From Lytechinus pictus (taxonomy: Eukaryota), in the NCBI RefSeq assembly GCF_037042905.1, contig NC_087250.1, positions 23,500,001 through 23,564,000 of the forward strand: 64,000 bases of DNA. The letters are read 5' to 3'. Below the pieces are notes generated by a model. That model saw nothing but the letters and a program-made list of their open reading frames with translations, was not told the DNA's origin and ran no database searches. Positions 51,675 to 64,000 of this stretch are shown here, piece after piece. The position numbers and the translations under genes are program-made. Position 1 is the stretch's first letter, and each line of letters starts with the position of its first letter.

Positions 51675-52214
51675 TGGTAAAATGCCAATTCGTCCAAATA
51701 CCAACTCTTCTACTATCAATTGATCAACCATCAGTTCGTCCACTATTTACATGGTCTAATTGACATTTCGCCCACTCAGCATTTCGTCTAATAATCAGTT
51801 GATCCAATAGCCAATTAGTCCATACACCATTTGGTCACACTGGACTAATACCTTGGTCACATTTGCTCTACGGCAGCCGTACGGCGAGTCGAAAACAGCC
51901 GTTTTATTAATTCTAATGCAAACCACCTATATAAAGTTAGAACAATAAATGTTAAAACGGCTGTTTTTGACTCGCCGTACGGCCGCCGTAGAGCAAATGT
52001 GACCAAGGTATAAGTGTTTATTGGGCGAAGTTAATGAAAATAAGATAGATATTAGACTTACTGTTTATGAGATGAAATTGTCATAGACGAACTGGGTATT
52101 AGACGAAGTGGTGAGTTGACCAAGTGGTTGTTAGACAAAAGAGCATGAGACTTTGAAGGCAGAAAACGCGGAACGAATGGACGAGTTTGCAATAGACGAA
52201 ATGCCAATTTACCA
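51675..52214. mobile_element. Foldback-type element with subterminal TTCGTC/GACGAA repeats
   Basis: TIR TGGTAAAATGCCAATTCGTC vs GACGAAATGCCAATTTACCA. Confidence 0.6.
51849..52010. mobile_element. Harbinger-like MITE nested in the 51675 element
   Basis: About 58-bp near-perfect TIR TACCTTGGTCACATTTGCTCTACGGC...; TAA TSD. Confidence 0.9.
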
Positions 52215-52468
52215 CGTGTACTACTTTCTTAAATCCGGATCCGGATCCGCAGCGTGAAAGCGATAATTCTTTGAGTTGTTCTAGACAAGTTCGCCATACA
52301 CGGACTGTATGAAGAACTCTTCACAAATTGGATGGCGTTGACACCAATTAGTGACAACGCCAGCTATTGACAAGGTACGAATGAGTTATTTTATTCATAT
52401 ATATTAATTATTTATAAATAAAAACAGTGAGTCAATAAAAAAAAACACATTTACGAAGGAAATTCATT

Positions 52469-55030
52469 GCTCGATCTCTTCATAAACCAGCCAAGTAGCT
52501 GTAAAGTGCTATTGTCTTCAATGAATAAAGGAAAGAAATCAAATAAATCGAGGTTTGATCATAATTGTTTCGGGTGAGCAAGCGGTAGAACTAAGAAATT
52601 ATCCCCCAATTCTCATAATCGATTGGACAAACTGCTTAAACCAGTTAGACATTGCATACTCAAATCTTCAATAGAGAGTGAATCAAAGCTATTTTATTTT
52701 ATTTCTTTCAGTAACACACTCATATTTACTTTTTTTAAACAATTTCTTTTTCGATTTATTGTTTTTATGACATAATTTGTTTTTTTTGTACTTTTTTATT
52801 AACCCTTTTTTTGTATTTACATAGTATTTACATAGTTATAAATAAAACTCCATGCGTTGCACCTCATTTTACACTCTTGTTTGTACAATACGTACTTCCA
52901 TTATTTTGGAGAGTTTGCAATACAGATCGTACGTGAATTGCGAACTAAAATTTGCTACTAACTACGGAGGGCAAATTATATCAAATTACATATGCACTTA
53001 AATTTTACATATGTATCACTGTTGTGATTTTTTCCTCTGTTTCTGTTGTTATTATGTCAATATTTACCATTGCTACTAGTATATCTATTTAATGCCTTGA
53101 TTAAAACTTTGATCAACGTGAGGGTCTTCGCACAAGACTAGCACATATGAAACTTGCCAGTCGATCAAAGAAGAAGAATTTGTTTCAAAGGTAAATCAAA
53201 AGTAAATCTCAAGATCGATTGAAACTAATGCAAATTTACTTGGATTTATTTTAAAAAGCTATCTGTGCAAATAATAGCCTTTAATTATAATCTTCTTAAT
53301 AAGTAGTGGCCAATATGTGATTTAACCGTTGTATGAAACTCTCCACAGCTCATATGCACGAGTTCTTTTGCTCGACCTCTTCATAAACCAAGGTTTAATA
53401 ATATTGTTTGGGTGAAAAGGCGATAGAACTAAGAAATATATCCCCAAATTCTCATAATCGATTCGATAAACTGCTTAAACCAGTAAGACATTGCATACTA
53501 AAATCTTCAAAAGAAAGTGAATCAAAGCTAATTTATTTTATTTTTTTCAGTAACACACTCATAATTACTTCTTTTAAACCATTGTTGTTTTTTTTTTATT
53601 ATCTTTTTAACATATTTTTTTCTTTATTGTACTCATTGTTTTATTAACACATTTTTATATTTATATAGTAATAAATAATTATGTGCACATTGCATAACTT
53701 TGCACTCTCTCGTAATAATAATACATAATTTCCTTTTTTTGAGAGTTTGCAACACAGATCGTACGTGTATTGCGAACTAGAATGTGCTAATAACTACGGA
53801 GGTCAAGTTATATCATATTACATATGCACTTAAATTTTACATATGTAATACTGTTGTGATTTTTTCCTCTGTTTCTGTTATTATTTCAATAATTACCATT
53901 GCTACTAGTATATCTATTTAATGCCTTGATTAAAACTTTGATCAACGAGAGGGTCTTCACACAAGACTAGCACATATAAAACTAACAGTCAACCAAACAA
54001 AGAAGAATTTGTTTCAAAGGTCTTCAGGGGAACGTTTGTGAAAGAACTTGTCAGACGTTTATCCGAGTTACTATGGTAACAGCGCCTCTCAGCCAATCAT
54101 AATCAAGGAAATTGGTCAGAGCGTAGTCGGACGAAAATATTTATGAAACGCTCCCCGGGCACAAATCATTTACAGGCTGCGTATTCGAACAACTTCACTC
54201 TAGTCAAGGGTTTGCACAATAGACTAGGTATGTTCTAAAGGACATTGATTTAAAATAAATCCACGTGGATTGTATTTAGGGACGAATCGAATTTGAGATT
54301 TAGTTTTAATCCTTAAAGATTGTTTTTCTATCCAAAAAGATTGAAATTTGCATCCATCCCTTAAGATTTAAAAGTTTTTTTTAAGATCAAAAGTAAATTT
54401 CAAGATCGATTTGAAACTAATTAAAATTTACTTGGATTAATTTTAAAGAGCTATCTTTGCAAGTAGTATCCTGTAATTATAATCTTCTTAATAAGTAGTG
54501 GCCAATATGTGATTTAACCGTTGTATGAAACACTCCACAGCTAATATGCACGAGTTCTTTTGCTCGACCTCATCATGAACCAGCCTAGGAGCTCAAAAGC
54601 GCTATTATCATCACTGAATAAATTTAAAAACATCAAATAAATTGAGGTTTGATCATAATTTTTCGGGTGAACAAGAACTAAGAAACTACCCCTCAAATTC
54701 TCATAATCGATTCTATTAACTTCGTATTCGATTCAGAAGGTACATACTCGAATCTTTGATAGAAAGTGAATCTAAGTTATTTCATTGATTGTATTCTTTT
54801 TAATACATTAAAAGAACGTCTTTTAAAACAATTCTTTTGATTTACTGTCCCCAAAGCATTCTAATTTTCTTTTTAAAATACTCACTGTTTTAATAATATA
54901 TTTTTATATTTATCAATAAATAAAATCACCCGCAAATGTTGTCAGTAGATAGCGTTTTAACATAACGTTATATGTTTTTTGGAGAGTTTGCAATACAGAT
55001 CGAACGTGTATTGCAAACTAAATATTGTGT
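52469..55030. repeat. Three diverged tandem units of about 0.9-1.2 kb (third partial)
   Basis: TGCTCGA.CTC.TCAT.AACC at about 52469, 53370 and 54561; GAGAGTTTGCAA.ACAGATCG at about 52910, 53741 and 54982. Confidence 0.85.
54028..54155. mobile_element. MITE family B, degenerate
   Basis: GGGAACGTTTGTGAAAG...ATGAAACGCTCCC; internal CTCTCAGCCAATCA. Confidence 0.7.
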
Positions 55031-55559
55031 TAGAGCTTCCACTCTTCATGCATGGAATCCAGGAAGTGAGAAATTCCAGGAAGTTTTCCAAGAAGCGAGA
55101 AATTCTAGGAAATTTTCCAGGAAGTATATCATTTTTGAGAATGATATCTTATATTATCTGAATATTATGTCAAAATCTATCACAAAATTGGATCATTTTA
55201 ATTAAAATGTCAATTTTTTTTGCTCGCTCGCTCGCAACTCTTTATAAACTTTGCCCGTTACGTCATGTTTCACCCCCTCAAAATTTTTGGCTCAATTACG
55301 GCACTGGGCCCTGTATTTCATTTTTTTTGTGTGTATAGAAGATAATTATAACTTATAGAAGACTGGAGAACCGTTCAGAAAATTCCAGGATATTTTGTAA
55401 AATTCCAAGAACTTTCAGAGTAAATTCCAGGAAGTTCCGTTGTGTTACTACCTAGGGGCAAGTTATGTTAAGTTAATACATGAACATACACGTATGTATG
55501 GCATATATTTTGTTGCTGGGTGGTTTTCCCCTTTCTTATATATTTGTTTTAATATAATT

Positions 55560-55935
55560 TATGCTGACGATACCATAACTTCTGCTGAAACGGCTCGAGA
55601 ACTTTAGTCTCCTCTGTCGGCTGTTCGTCAATATTGCTGGAGAGCCAGTGGAAACTCTCTGTTAATGTATCACACTTAAGTTGTTATTTTTTCGCATTGA
55701 CGGGTGCGTAAATATCCAGAGCTTTTGTTTGGGGATGCCGCTCTTGAAGTTGTAGATGATTGTATTCATTTAAGTAACACTTTTAATCACAATGGTTCCT
55801 TCAAAGAAAGCTATGAAAAGCAAGTTAATCGGGTCAGGAGAGCAATGTTTAATCTTAAAAGTAAGGCCAAGGTGTTGAGTTTGCCTTTGGATATTCAATG
55901 TGAACTGTTTAATCAGCTGGTGGTGGGTTTTAGTG
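55560..55935 (+). mobile_element. Degenerate LINE reverse-transcriptase fragment (RTE-X-like)
   Basis: YADDTI at 55560, WKLSVNVS, and NGSFK...RRAMFNLKSK...LPLDIQCELFNQLV, with stops and frameshifts. Confidence 0.65.
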
Positions 55936-55969
55936 ATGTAGATTTGTACTCTCTAAATATCAAGGATTT

Positions 55970-56160
55970 AAAATAAATCCAGATCGGCCGTGAATAGTGA
56001 CCAGCCGAATATTAGATTAAGATTTAAACCAGTGGATTTGAATATAAATCTAAAAGATTTCACTTTAAATCTTTTGAGATTAAGTTAAAAGTTAATTAAG
56101 ATTTAAAATAATTTCCAAATTCGGCTGGTTACTATTCACGGCCGATCTGGATTTATTTAA
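55970..56160. mobile_element. Palindromic MITE-like element
   Basis: About 40-bp inverted repeat AAATAAATCCAGATCGGCCGTGAATAGT.ACCAGCCGAAT. Confidence 0.75.
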
Positions 56161-57084
56161 AGTACACACACGAAGAAAATTCACGAAAGTGATGATTATA
56201 GACAAATTATATATGGATGGAAAGGTCTTGTCTTTTTATACACAAATATGTCACTAAAAAGTCTTATAGATATCGTGGAAATGCAAGAAATGAAATTATT
56301 AGAGACCCTTCTCAGCCCCCCAGCCGCCCCCAGACCGACATTCGCGCACTAGAAAACAGTCGAGAATAATGACGTCACACAATCAACGAGCTCATCATCC
56401 CTCTGTGCCTCACCTTACTGACCTGTTCAATATCTTCCGAATTTACCGTTTTCTTCATGTAATGTGGTATCCGATTTCTGTTTTCGACAACTTCAGACCA
56501 AAAGTGAACCAGAACTGTGTTACTTCGCCCGTTTTTAATGAATTGGGAACTGTTAAGACCAATTTTGTCCACTGGACAGGCGTCGTTGTGTTGCTCCAGT
56601 CAGTCAGTGACTGAGTGAGTGAGTGAGTACGTCAGTGTTTATTGAAAAACTCCAAGCTGTAGCGGGCCATTCACTACTTGCCGCTGGGCCGGGACTGCAG
56701 GGGAGCCGATGTTGCACGTTCCGCTGTTTGATCCATCAACAAAAGGCGTCATAGGTAAGCATGTTTGGAAATTGTACTTGTTCTGGCGTCTGACTGACGA
56801 TGCATTCAGGTCAGATGACAGATACAGATCTAATATAATTTTAGAATCATGCATTATTTCATGCTGTACTACCAATACCATCCATCAGTCCATGGCATGA
56901 CTACGTAAAGTCTTTTAAGAAGGTTTTGCGGCAGATTTTTTCTTCAGTCAGATTTCTAAATAAACTGGCCAGGCAATGGCTTGGCTTGGTTAGACAATAG
57001 AGCTATAGCTCTATGGTTAGATTGAAAAATCTGCCGTTTCAGAGGAATGTTTAATTTTAGTTTAATTTAACGAAAGAAAACCCA

Positions 57085-60000
57085 TCGTCGCCCGATCATC
57101 GTGAAATTTGCGATGTACCGAGCAAGACATTCCATAATGGCAGTGAGGCGCCGACTGAAAAACTCCGGTATATCCATTGCGGAAGACTTAACCTCATCCA
57201 ACTACGAGATATTGAAAGAAGCACGAATATCACCAAAGATATCTGCAGCGTGGTCACAAGATGGACGTATCCTTGTAGCTCTACCAGCAACAAACGGAAA
57301 ATCCATCAGAAAAGTTATCAGTTCTGCACGAAAACTGAGGCGAACGATACGTTATATGATTTGATATCTCCCCTGAGAGGTCTGCGATCTACCTCTCTCT
57401 CGTAATATCTTTAACTGACTTTTTACACCTTATTTTAATTGAAAACATTCCATACCCCCATTCTTTTACGCCTGTTTTTCACTTTTTTTAGTGATTTGTT
57501 AATAGTTGATTACCATATTTGTCTCAAACCCTATGTTAGTTTACTAATGTAATTTACTAATAGATATTCTTTAAAAAGTAGCTGCAATTTCCCTATTTAT
57601 TGCATCTTCTGTTATACCTTTCGTTTCAGTATACTTTTGTATACTTTGAATTTTGTCTTTCCCTGAACATATCCAGTTTATCATATTAATGTTATGACTA
57701 TACAATACCCTTGTGTTTCTTGTGATAAACCAGTTAAAAATAATCAAAGAGGACTACAATGTACACATTGTCTTGTTTAAATGCACTCGTCGTGCGCGGG
57801 AGTTAAAAATGAGCTATATGATGATATAAACCATGAATTCCCAAATTGGGAATGCACAAAATGCATATTTCAATACTTACGTTTTGCAGATTTTCAATCA
57901 AATATATATACAAGTTACAAGCATAAAAAAGTTGTGACTCTTCAAAAAAGTCAAATAAATGTGGGCCTTTCTAACTCGGTTCAGACTATGAAGTTTTCTT
58001 ATTTTGATAATCATGGTATTAAATGTGCACATCTTAATATTCGCAGTCTATACAGAAATATTGATGAAATTCGAGTTTTATTGCATGATAACGACATAAA
58101 CATCCTAGCACTTAATGAAACTCTTCTAGATGAGTCTATTCATGATAATGAACTTCGTATACAGGACTATGAACTAATACGTAAAGACCGTAATCGTAAT
58201 GGGGGCGGTGTTGCTATTTACATTAAATGTTCAATATCGCATGAATTAGTAAATTCACAAGTTCTTGACCCGCTTTAACTCTTATTAATTAAAGTGCGAC
58301 CTAAGTTCTCCACTCCATTCCTATTCATTTCATGGTATCGCCCACCAGACAGTAAAGCTGATATTTTAGATAAGTATGAACATGTCCTTTCGTTTGCGGA
58401 TGCTTTTCACTTAAATATCATTGTGATGGGTGATGTAAACTTTGATATAAGTAAGAGTTTCAAGTCAAATGTTATGAAGCGTTACGAAGAAATAAATAAT
58501 TTGTATTCAATGCAACAGATAAATTGTGATCTGTATACTCGGGTCACTCACAATACTAGGAGCTTAATAGATCACATGCTCACAAACGCAGTTGAGAATA
58601 TTAAATCTCATGGTGTAATCAGTCTCGGGTTAAGTGACCATGACTTGTGCTTTTTGATTTTGAACTTTAGATCTATTCATATTCCTAATACAATCAACTA
58701 TAGAAATCTTAAGTACGTGAATCTAGAATCTTTTCATAGTCATTTGTCCAAACATTCTTGGAATGAAATAAGTGCTTCTAGAACCATTGACGATGCTGTT
58801 AATTTATGGGAATCTTTTTTGATGGATTCTATAAATGAGTTTGCCCCAATTAAAAAGAAACGCATTCGTCACCAACCCGCTCCTTGGCTAAATGCAGATA
58901 TTAAGAAAACGATGACGAAACGGAATGAATTGAAAAAGAAAGCATCAAAGAACAGTGACGAAAGTGTTATGAACATGTATCGTAAAACAAGAAATTTGGT
59001 TACCAAAATGTGTAGGAAAGCAAAAAAGGCTCATTTCTCAAAGCAATTACAAAATATTTCCACTACTTCAAGCAAGAATGTCTGGACTGTACTCAAACCT
59101 TTATTGCCTTCTAAAAAATCATGTAAAAACGGTGCTACTGAAGATAATAATGATTATTTGTTAGCTACAAACTTCAACAATTTCTTTGCTAATGTTGGTT
59201 CTGAACTGGCTTCTGCCATTCCAACTGCAACGAATAATCGTGCAGATTCTGACTATGTTAACAATAGCCCTCTACAATCGTGTTTTGAATTTAATCCAGT
59301 TACCGAGGATGATGTTCAGAAGATGATTTTGGGGTTGAATAATAAAAAATCAACTGGTGTTGATGATATCTCTTTAATGATGTTAAAAATGGCAACGCCT
59401 ACTATTATACAATCTCTCACACTCATTTTTAATAGATCATTATCTGAACACGTGTTTCCTACAAGATGGAAGAAATCAAAGATTGTACCAATTCATAAAT
59501 CGGGTGACAAAAAGTCACCTAACAACTACAGGCCGATATCCATATTACCTTCTGTTTCCAAAATCCTCGAGAAACTCGTTCAAATACAATTAACAGAATA
59601 TTTGAAATGTCACAATGTATTGTCTAAAGCCCAGTCAGGATTTAGGAAAAATCACTCGACTATTACAACACTTGTCAAAGTTACCGATGATTGGCTAAAT
59701 GCAATGGACCACGGTCTGTACACTGGTGCGGTCTTTATAGACTTACGCAAAGCGTTTGATACTGTGGATCCTGATATTCTTTTAAAGAAATTATCTAACA
59801 TTGGTGTATCTTCTGTTTGCTTATCTTGGTTTTCAAGTTATCTAAAGGGTCGTCGTATATATACCCAATTTAACTCATCTACTTCTGCGGACTCCGATAT
59901 AAACTACGGTGTCCCTCAAGGATCTATACTGGGTCCGCTTTTGTTCCTAATTTATATTGATGGTATCGTAAAGCATATTAAAAATTGTTCTATTCACCTA

Positions 60001-61174
60001 TATGCTGATGACACGGTAGTCTATTTCTCCCATAAAAACGTAACAACTATTGAAACCCAACTGAATTCTGAGCTGAAAAGAATAAACACCTGGTTGTGTG
60101 ATTCCAAACTAAGTCTTAACTGTGATAAAACAGTATGTATGCTATTTGGCTCTGGAAAAATGATTGGTAAATGTAATCGGTTGAACTTGAATGTAAATGG
60201 AATACATATAAAACAAGTGGAATCAACCAAATATCTTGGCATTTTGTTAGATCCCAGTTTAAAGTGGAATTTGCATATTGAATATATATGTTTTAGAATA
60301 GGCAAACTCATACGTTTATTAGCCCGACTGCGTCACTATATTGATCAGAAAAATTTGAAAATTGTGTACAATGCCATTATCCTCCCTATATTTGATTATG
60401 GTGATATAGTATATGGTTCAGCAAAATATATGTGCAAAATACATCGAGCCATTGCAGAAACTTCATAACAGAGCATGCAGAAGTATATTAGGAATAAGTC
60501 CATACAGTCGCATGTCTATACGTGAGTTACATGTTCGTTTGGGTTGGAAAACCTTATCAACCAGACGTTGTTGTCATCTAAATACAATGGTCTTTAAGGC
60601 CTTAAATGAACTTGCTCCTCAATATTTAAAAGTATTTTTCCAACATACTAGTAGCCAGTATAATTATTCTCTCAGGTCCCATGGAAATTTAATATTAGCA
60701 AAACCTAAAACAAATTATTGTAAACGTTCATTCTCGTACAGAGGTGCTTCTCAATTCAATAATCTCCCTGCAAATCTAAAGGTCCCTTGTAGTCTCAAAG
60801 TCTTCTTACATAGGCTCAATGCCTTCCTCCCTGATCTATGAAGTATTTTGAATTTGATACTGGAACCCCCCCCCCCATGTCCCCTATTTCCCCCTTATGC
60901 TCTAAGAGATTTTTGTAACAATTTTCTTAATAACTTGTGTTTTAATCATTGGACCCCATGGAAGAACAGTACTGTCTATGGGCAGAGCTGAACTGGGTGT
61001 CCTTCCGATTTCACTATTTCTCATGTCTATCTCATTTTTTTTTTTTGTATATATCTGTTCTAATTTGTTATTCTTTTATACTTTGCTTTTATATGTTCAT
61101 TTGTACATTCATGTTTTTTTTTTTTGTGAATTTCGGAAAATAAATAAATACAAATACAAAATACAAATACAAAT
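57085..61174 (+). mobile_element. L2/Crack-like (CR1-group) LINE: ORF1 C-terminal remnant plus PHD-EN-RT ORF2, inactivated
   Basis: ORF1 remnant (GISIAEDLT...SAAWSQDGRILV). 3' UTR stem-loop GGACCCCATGGAAGAACAG...; tail AATAAAT followed by (AAATAC)n at about 61139-61174. Confidence 0.9.
57694..60841 (+). pseudogene. Disrupted ORF2 of the L2/Crack-like LINE
   Basis: ATG at 57694 opens a PHD finger (CVSC...CTHC..*MHSSC...WECTKC). In-frame stops at 57778 and 58276; frameshift near 60425 (GCAAAATA duplication). Motifs ALNET, YRPP, MGDVN, SDH, GVPQGSILGP, YADD. Confidence 0.88.
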
Positions 61175-61341
61175 TAAGCTATTATTATTCTTGGAATTGG
61201 GATGTCATGAAGCCAGACAAAATTTCAGCACTGCAGTGGTTACCCTGATTCCTGACCGAAATTAGAGTCTGGTGTTTCTTTCAACAATGAAGATAAATGC
61301 ACTCTTTGTAATGACCCAGAGAGCACAGCTCAAGTGATATT

Positions 61342-61434
61342 CGTGTAGGCTCCACTCCGCTTCACTACGCTACACCTATACCCGGGTAGCGTACGTGTAG
61401 TGTAGCGGTAGTGAAGTGGAGTGGAGCCTACACG
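61342..61434. repeat. Compact hairpin/mini-MITE
   Basis: CGTGTAGGCTCCACTCCGCTTCACTAC pairs with GTAGTGAAGTGGAGTGGAGCCTACACG. Confidence 0.75.
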
Positions 61435-61442
61435 GGTTCCAT

Positions 61443-61835
61443 GACAATTGCTCCGCCGACATCTGCTCCGCCGACAATTGCTACGCAAAATACGACAACT
61501 GCTCCGCCGACAATTGCTCCGGACAGTTGCTCCGCCGACAGTTGCTCCGTCGACACTTGCTCCGCCGATATGTGCTCCGTCGACACTTGCTCCGCCGATA
61601 TTTGCTCCGCCGATATTTGCTCCGCCGACATCTGCTCCGCCGACATCTGCTCCGCCGAAAATTGCTCCGCCGACAATTGCTCCGCCGATAATTGCTCCGC
61701 CGACATCTGCTCCGATTATACGACAATTGCTCCGCCGATATTTGCTCCGCCGAAAATTGCTCCGATTATACGACAATTGCTCCGCGACAATTGCTCCGCC
61801 GATATTTGCTCCGCCGTAAATTGCTCCGATAATGC
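61443..61835 (+). repeat. 15-bp tandem array (GACAATTGCTCCGCC)n, roughly 25 units
   Basis: Directly visible; a related motif occurs at 29500-29713. Confidence 0.95.
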
Positions 61836-61895
61836 GACAATGAATTTACAAAGTAAACTTAAACTATGCTTGCATGATATATTACATGTCATACA

Positions 61896-62055
61896 CAGGG
61901 GCCGCGGGACGGTTTTCAAAGTGAGGGCTGAGTCAAAAGTGGGGGGGGGGGGGCTGTCCATGCTAAAAATCACAATCATATGGTCATTCTTACGTTTTTT
62001 GGTACACGGCTTTGGAAAATTGGGGGGCTAAAGCCCCCCGGCTCCGCGGCCCCTG
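61896..62055. mobile_element. hAT-like MITE
   Basis: CAGGGGCCGCGG / CCGCGGCCCCTG TIR; TSD unclear. Confidence 0.65.
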
Positions 62056-64000
62056 ATACATGCATATAGAAAGAAATAGAAAAAAAGGGGTAAGCACAAA
62101 GGAGGGAGAGATATTCTTAATGCTTATTCATGGTGGGGGGGGGGGAGCATTTGTGTAAGTTTTATTACGTGCCTGGCGATTAAAATGAAGAAAAAAAAAA
62201 CGCGTTTTCATGTAATTATTATAACCATATAGCTCCATGTTATAACAGTAGAAACAAATTAGACATACCCCATTCTTAGCGTCAAAGTCGCTCAGACTGG
62301 CGAAATATGCTCCGAAGTGGACATTTGCTCCAGGTGAAATTCAACGGTATACCCCACCTTATTTTGTCGAAAACCTGTACTGTAGTCACGCAAAATGTTT
62401 ACTGTCGGCAAATTTTGTGCCACACAAACATGACCAAGACATTCAGTAAGTAAAAATTAATATTCAAGAAAATACCAACTTGTGAAAGGCTACATGTCGT
62501 GTCACCTTCTCGGCACACCCCTCCACTCTGGTTTCCATATCCTCTCGTACACACAGTGCTCTCAGTCTGGTCTCCACATCCACATCATGTCATACACACC
62601 GTAGGTTTTAGATTATGATAATATTGTATATAATAGTGAGTTGCTTTTTTGTTTTATGTTGATCATGATTGTTTTCTTCACTGATAGAAAAAGGATAATT
62701 AATTTTTTTTAAATAATCCAAAAATAAAATCCATATGTTCTGTTTTATATAGTTATTAGTCAAGGTTACTTTAGTTCGCATTAGTTCTCATTGTTTATAC
62801 CGTTCTAATTCCTATGCATTATTCCGATTGATATTGTACTTTAAATTTGACTATGTATTGTTACTTTGATTATGTTGTGCTTTGTGAACGGAAAATGAAT
62901 AAATCGTAATCTAAATCTAAATATGGTCCGCCAATAGTCGAATTATATTCATTATGATGTTATAATGTAAGTAACAATTTGTTGTTGATGGGGGATATAA
63001 TTTTACACGTAGTTTCAAAAAATAAAAAAAATCAATCAAACAAGATTTTCTTCTATAAATGATATACCTTCATGTGTATATGGCAGCCTATGTATTTTCC
63101 AAAAATGAACTATATGAGAAGAAAACGTGTGTTCATGTACTTATTATCATTATCATTGTACCACCATTATCGTCATCAGCATCTTCATCATCATTATCAT
63201 TGTCGTCGTCGTTTTGCTTATGCGGAAATCAAACAAAAATGATTGTGAAAAGGGTTATGGAGGGAAAGAGAGAGAGAGAGAGAGAGAAAGAGGGGGAGTG
63301 AGTGAGAGCTTGAGGAAAAAAGGAGGTGTATGACTTATTATTTCTGAATATCGCGATTTCTGTTTATTCATGGGATTGAAATAAAAGGATAAACTTAACA
63401 AGTTCTTGTCATTATCATTTTTTTATTTGATTTACTGATCAGAACATGAGATAAATGAAATCATGAAGACTGTACGTTCTCGACAGTTTTATTAACGTTT
63501 TCCAACCAAAACTACACTTTAATGACTGCAAACACCTTCATTTTCACACACTCGCAACTATGGACACAGTATACATGTAATTGAGAGTAGTGTCATTTTC
63601 AAAACCTTTCTTAGCTGCAAGGAATACTGAATCTCATTTCCACAATGTGCATCTGAATGCACAATGCCTGTGTTTTTAACATGTACCCAAATTACCAAAT
63701 TTAAAGAACACATGTTAAGATCTAATGAATCAGCTAAATAATCCACATTCTATCATGATCAGCAGGCATAACAGCCTATATACTCTTCAATACTTCAATT
63801 ACAGTTTGTCGAAAGAAATAACACAAAGAAAAAGAAATATATAGAATTGTAACTCTGGTAAATGTATCAAAAATATTCAATTAACGCATCGTGCTCTCAT
63901 TTCTTTTACGAGATATCTCCCCCCCCCCCGAGATATGCTTCATGTTTACAATTTTAAAAAAGGCGTATAAATGTCCCCTTTCCATGTCAATAACAGCTCG

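Noticed and set aside
61443..61835. CRISPR-like array
   Set aside because: The units are contiguous 15-mers without unique spacers; eukaryotic context; no cas genes.

Overview
AT-rich eukaryotic DNA with spliced genes and dense repeats; the repeat landscape and gene content suggest an invertebrate deuterostome, probably a sea urchin (inference). Two host genes lie on the minus strand. (1) A C2H2 zinc-finger gene, rebuilt by hand from four coding exons (31383-31242, 29254-26747, 26232-25882, 24220-23673; 3549 nt, 1182 aa, 12 fingers), with a probable non-coding exon 1 ending at 37119. (2) The first coding exon of an ephrin gene (14247/14205-14087), whose >14 kb first intron runs off the window start. 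The rest is mobile DNA: an uninterrupted 5'-truncated PHD-EN-RT CR1-group LINE in sense orientation in intron 1 of the zinc-finger gene; a decayed L1/Tx1 LINE carrying a nested LINE 3' end; a disrupted L2/Crack-like LINE; LINE fragments; tRNA-derived SINEs; many MITEs (Kolobok-, Harbinger-, CACTA-, MULE-, hAT- and Helentron-like); microsatellites and tandem arrays. The most unusual observations are a 183-bp SINE-like element with an Alu/7SL-like head (15444-15626), two tiny TSD-flanked palindromes resembling P-element excision footprints, and an inverted MITE pair bracketing the start-codon exon of the zinc-finger gene. Coordinates were counted by hand and may be off by a few bases; family names come from recalled motifs, not database searches.
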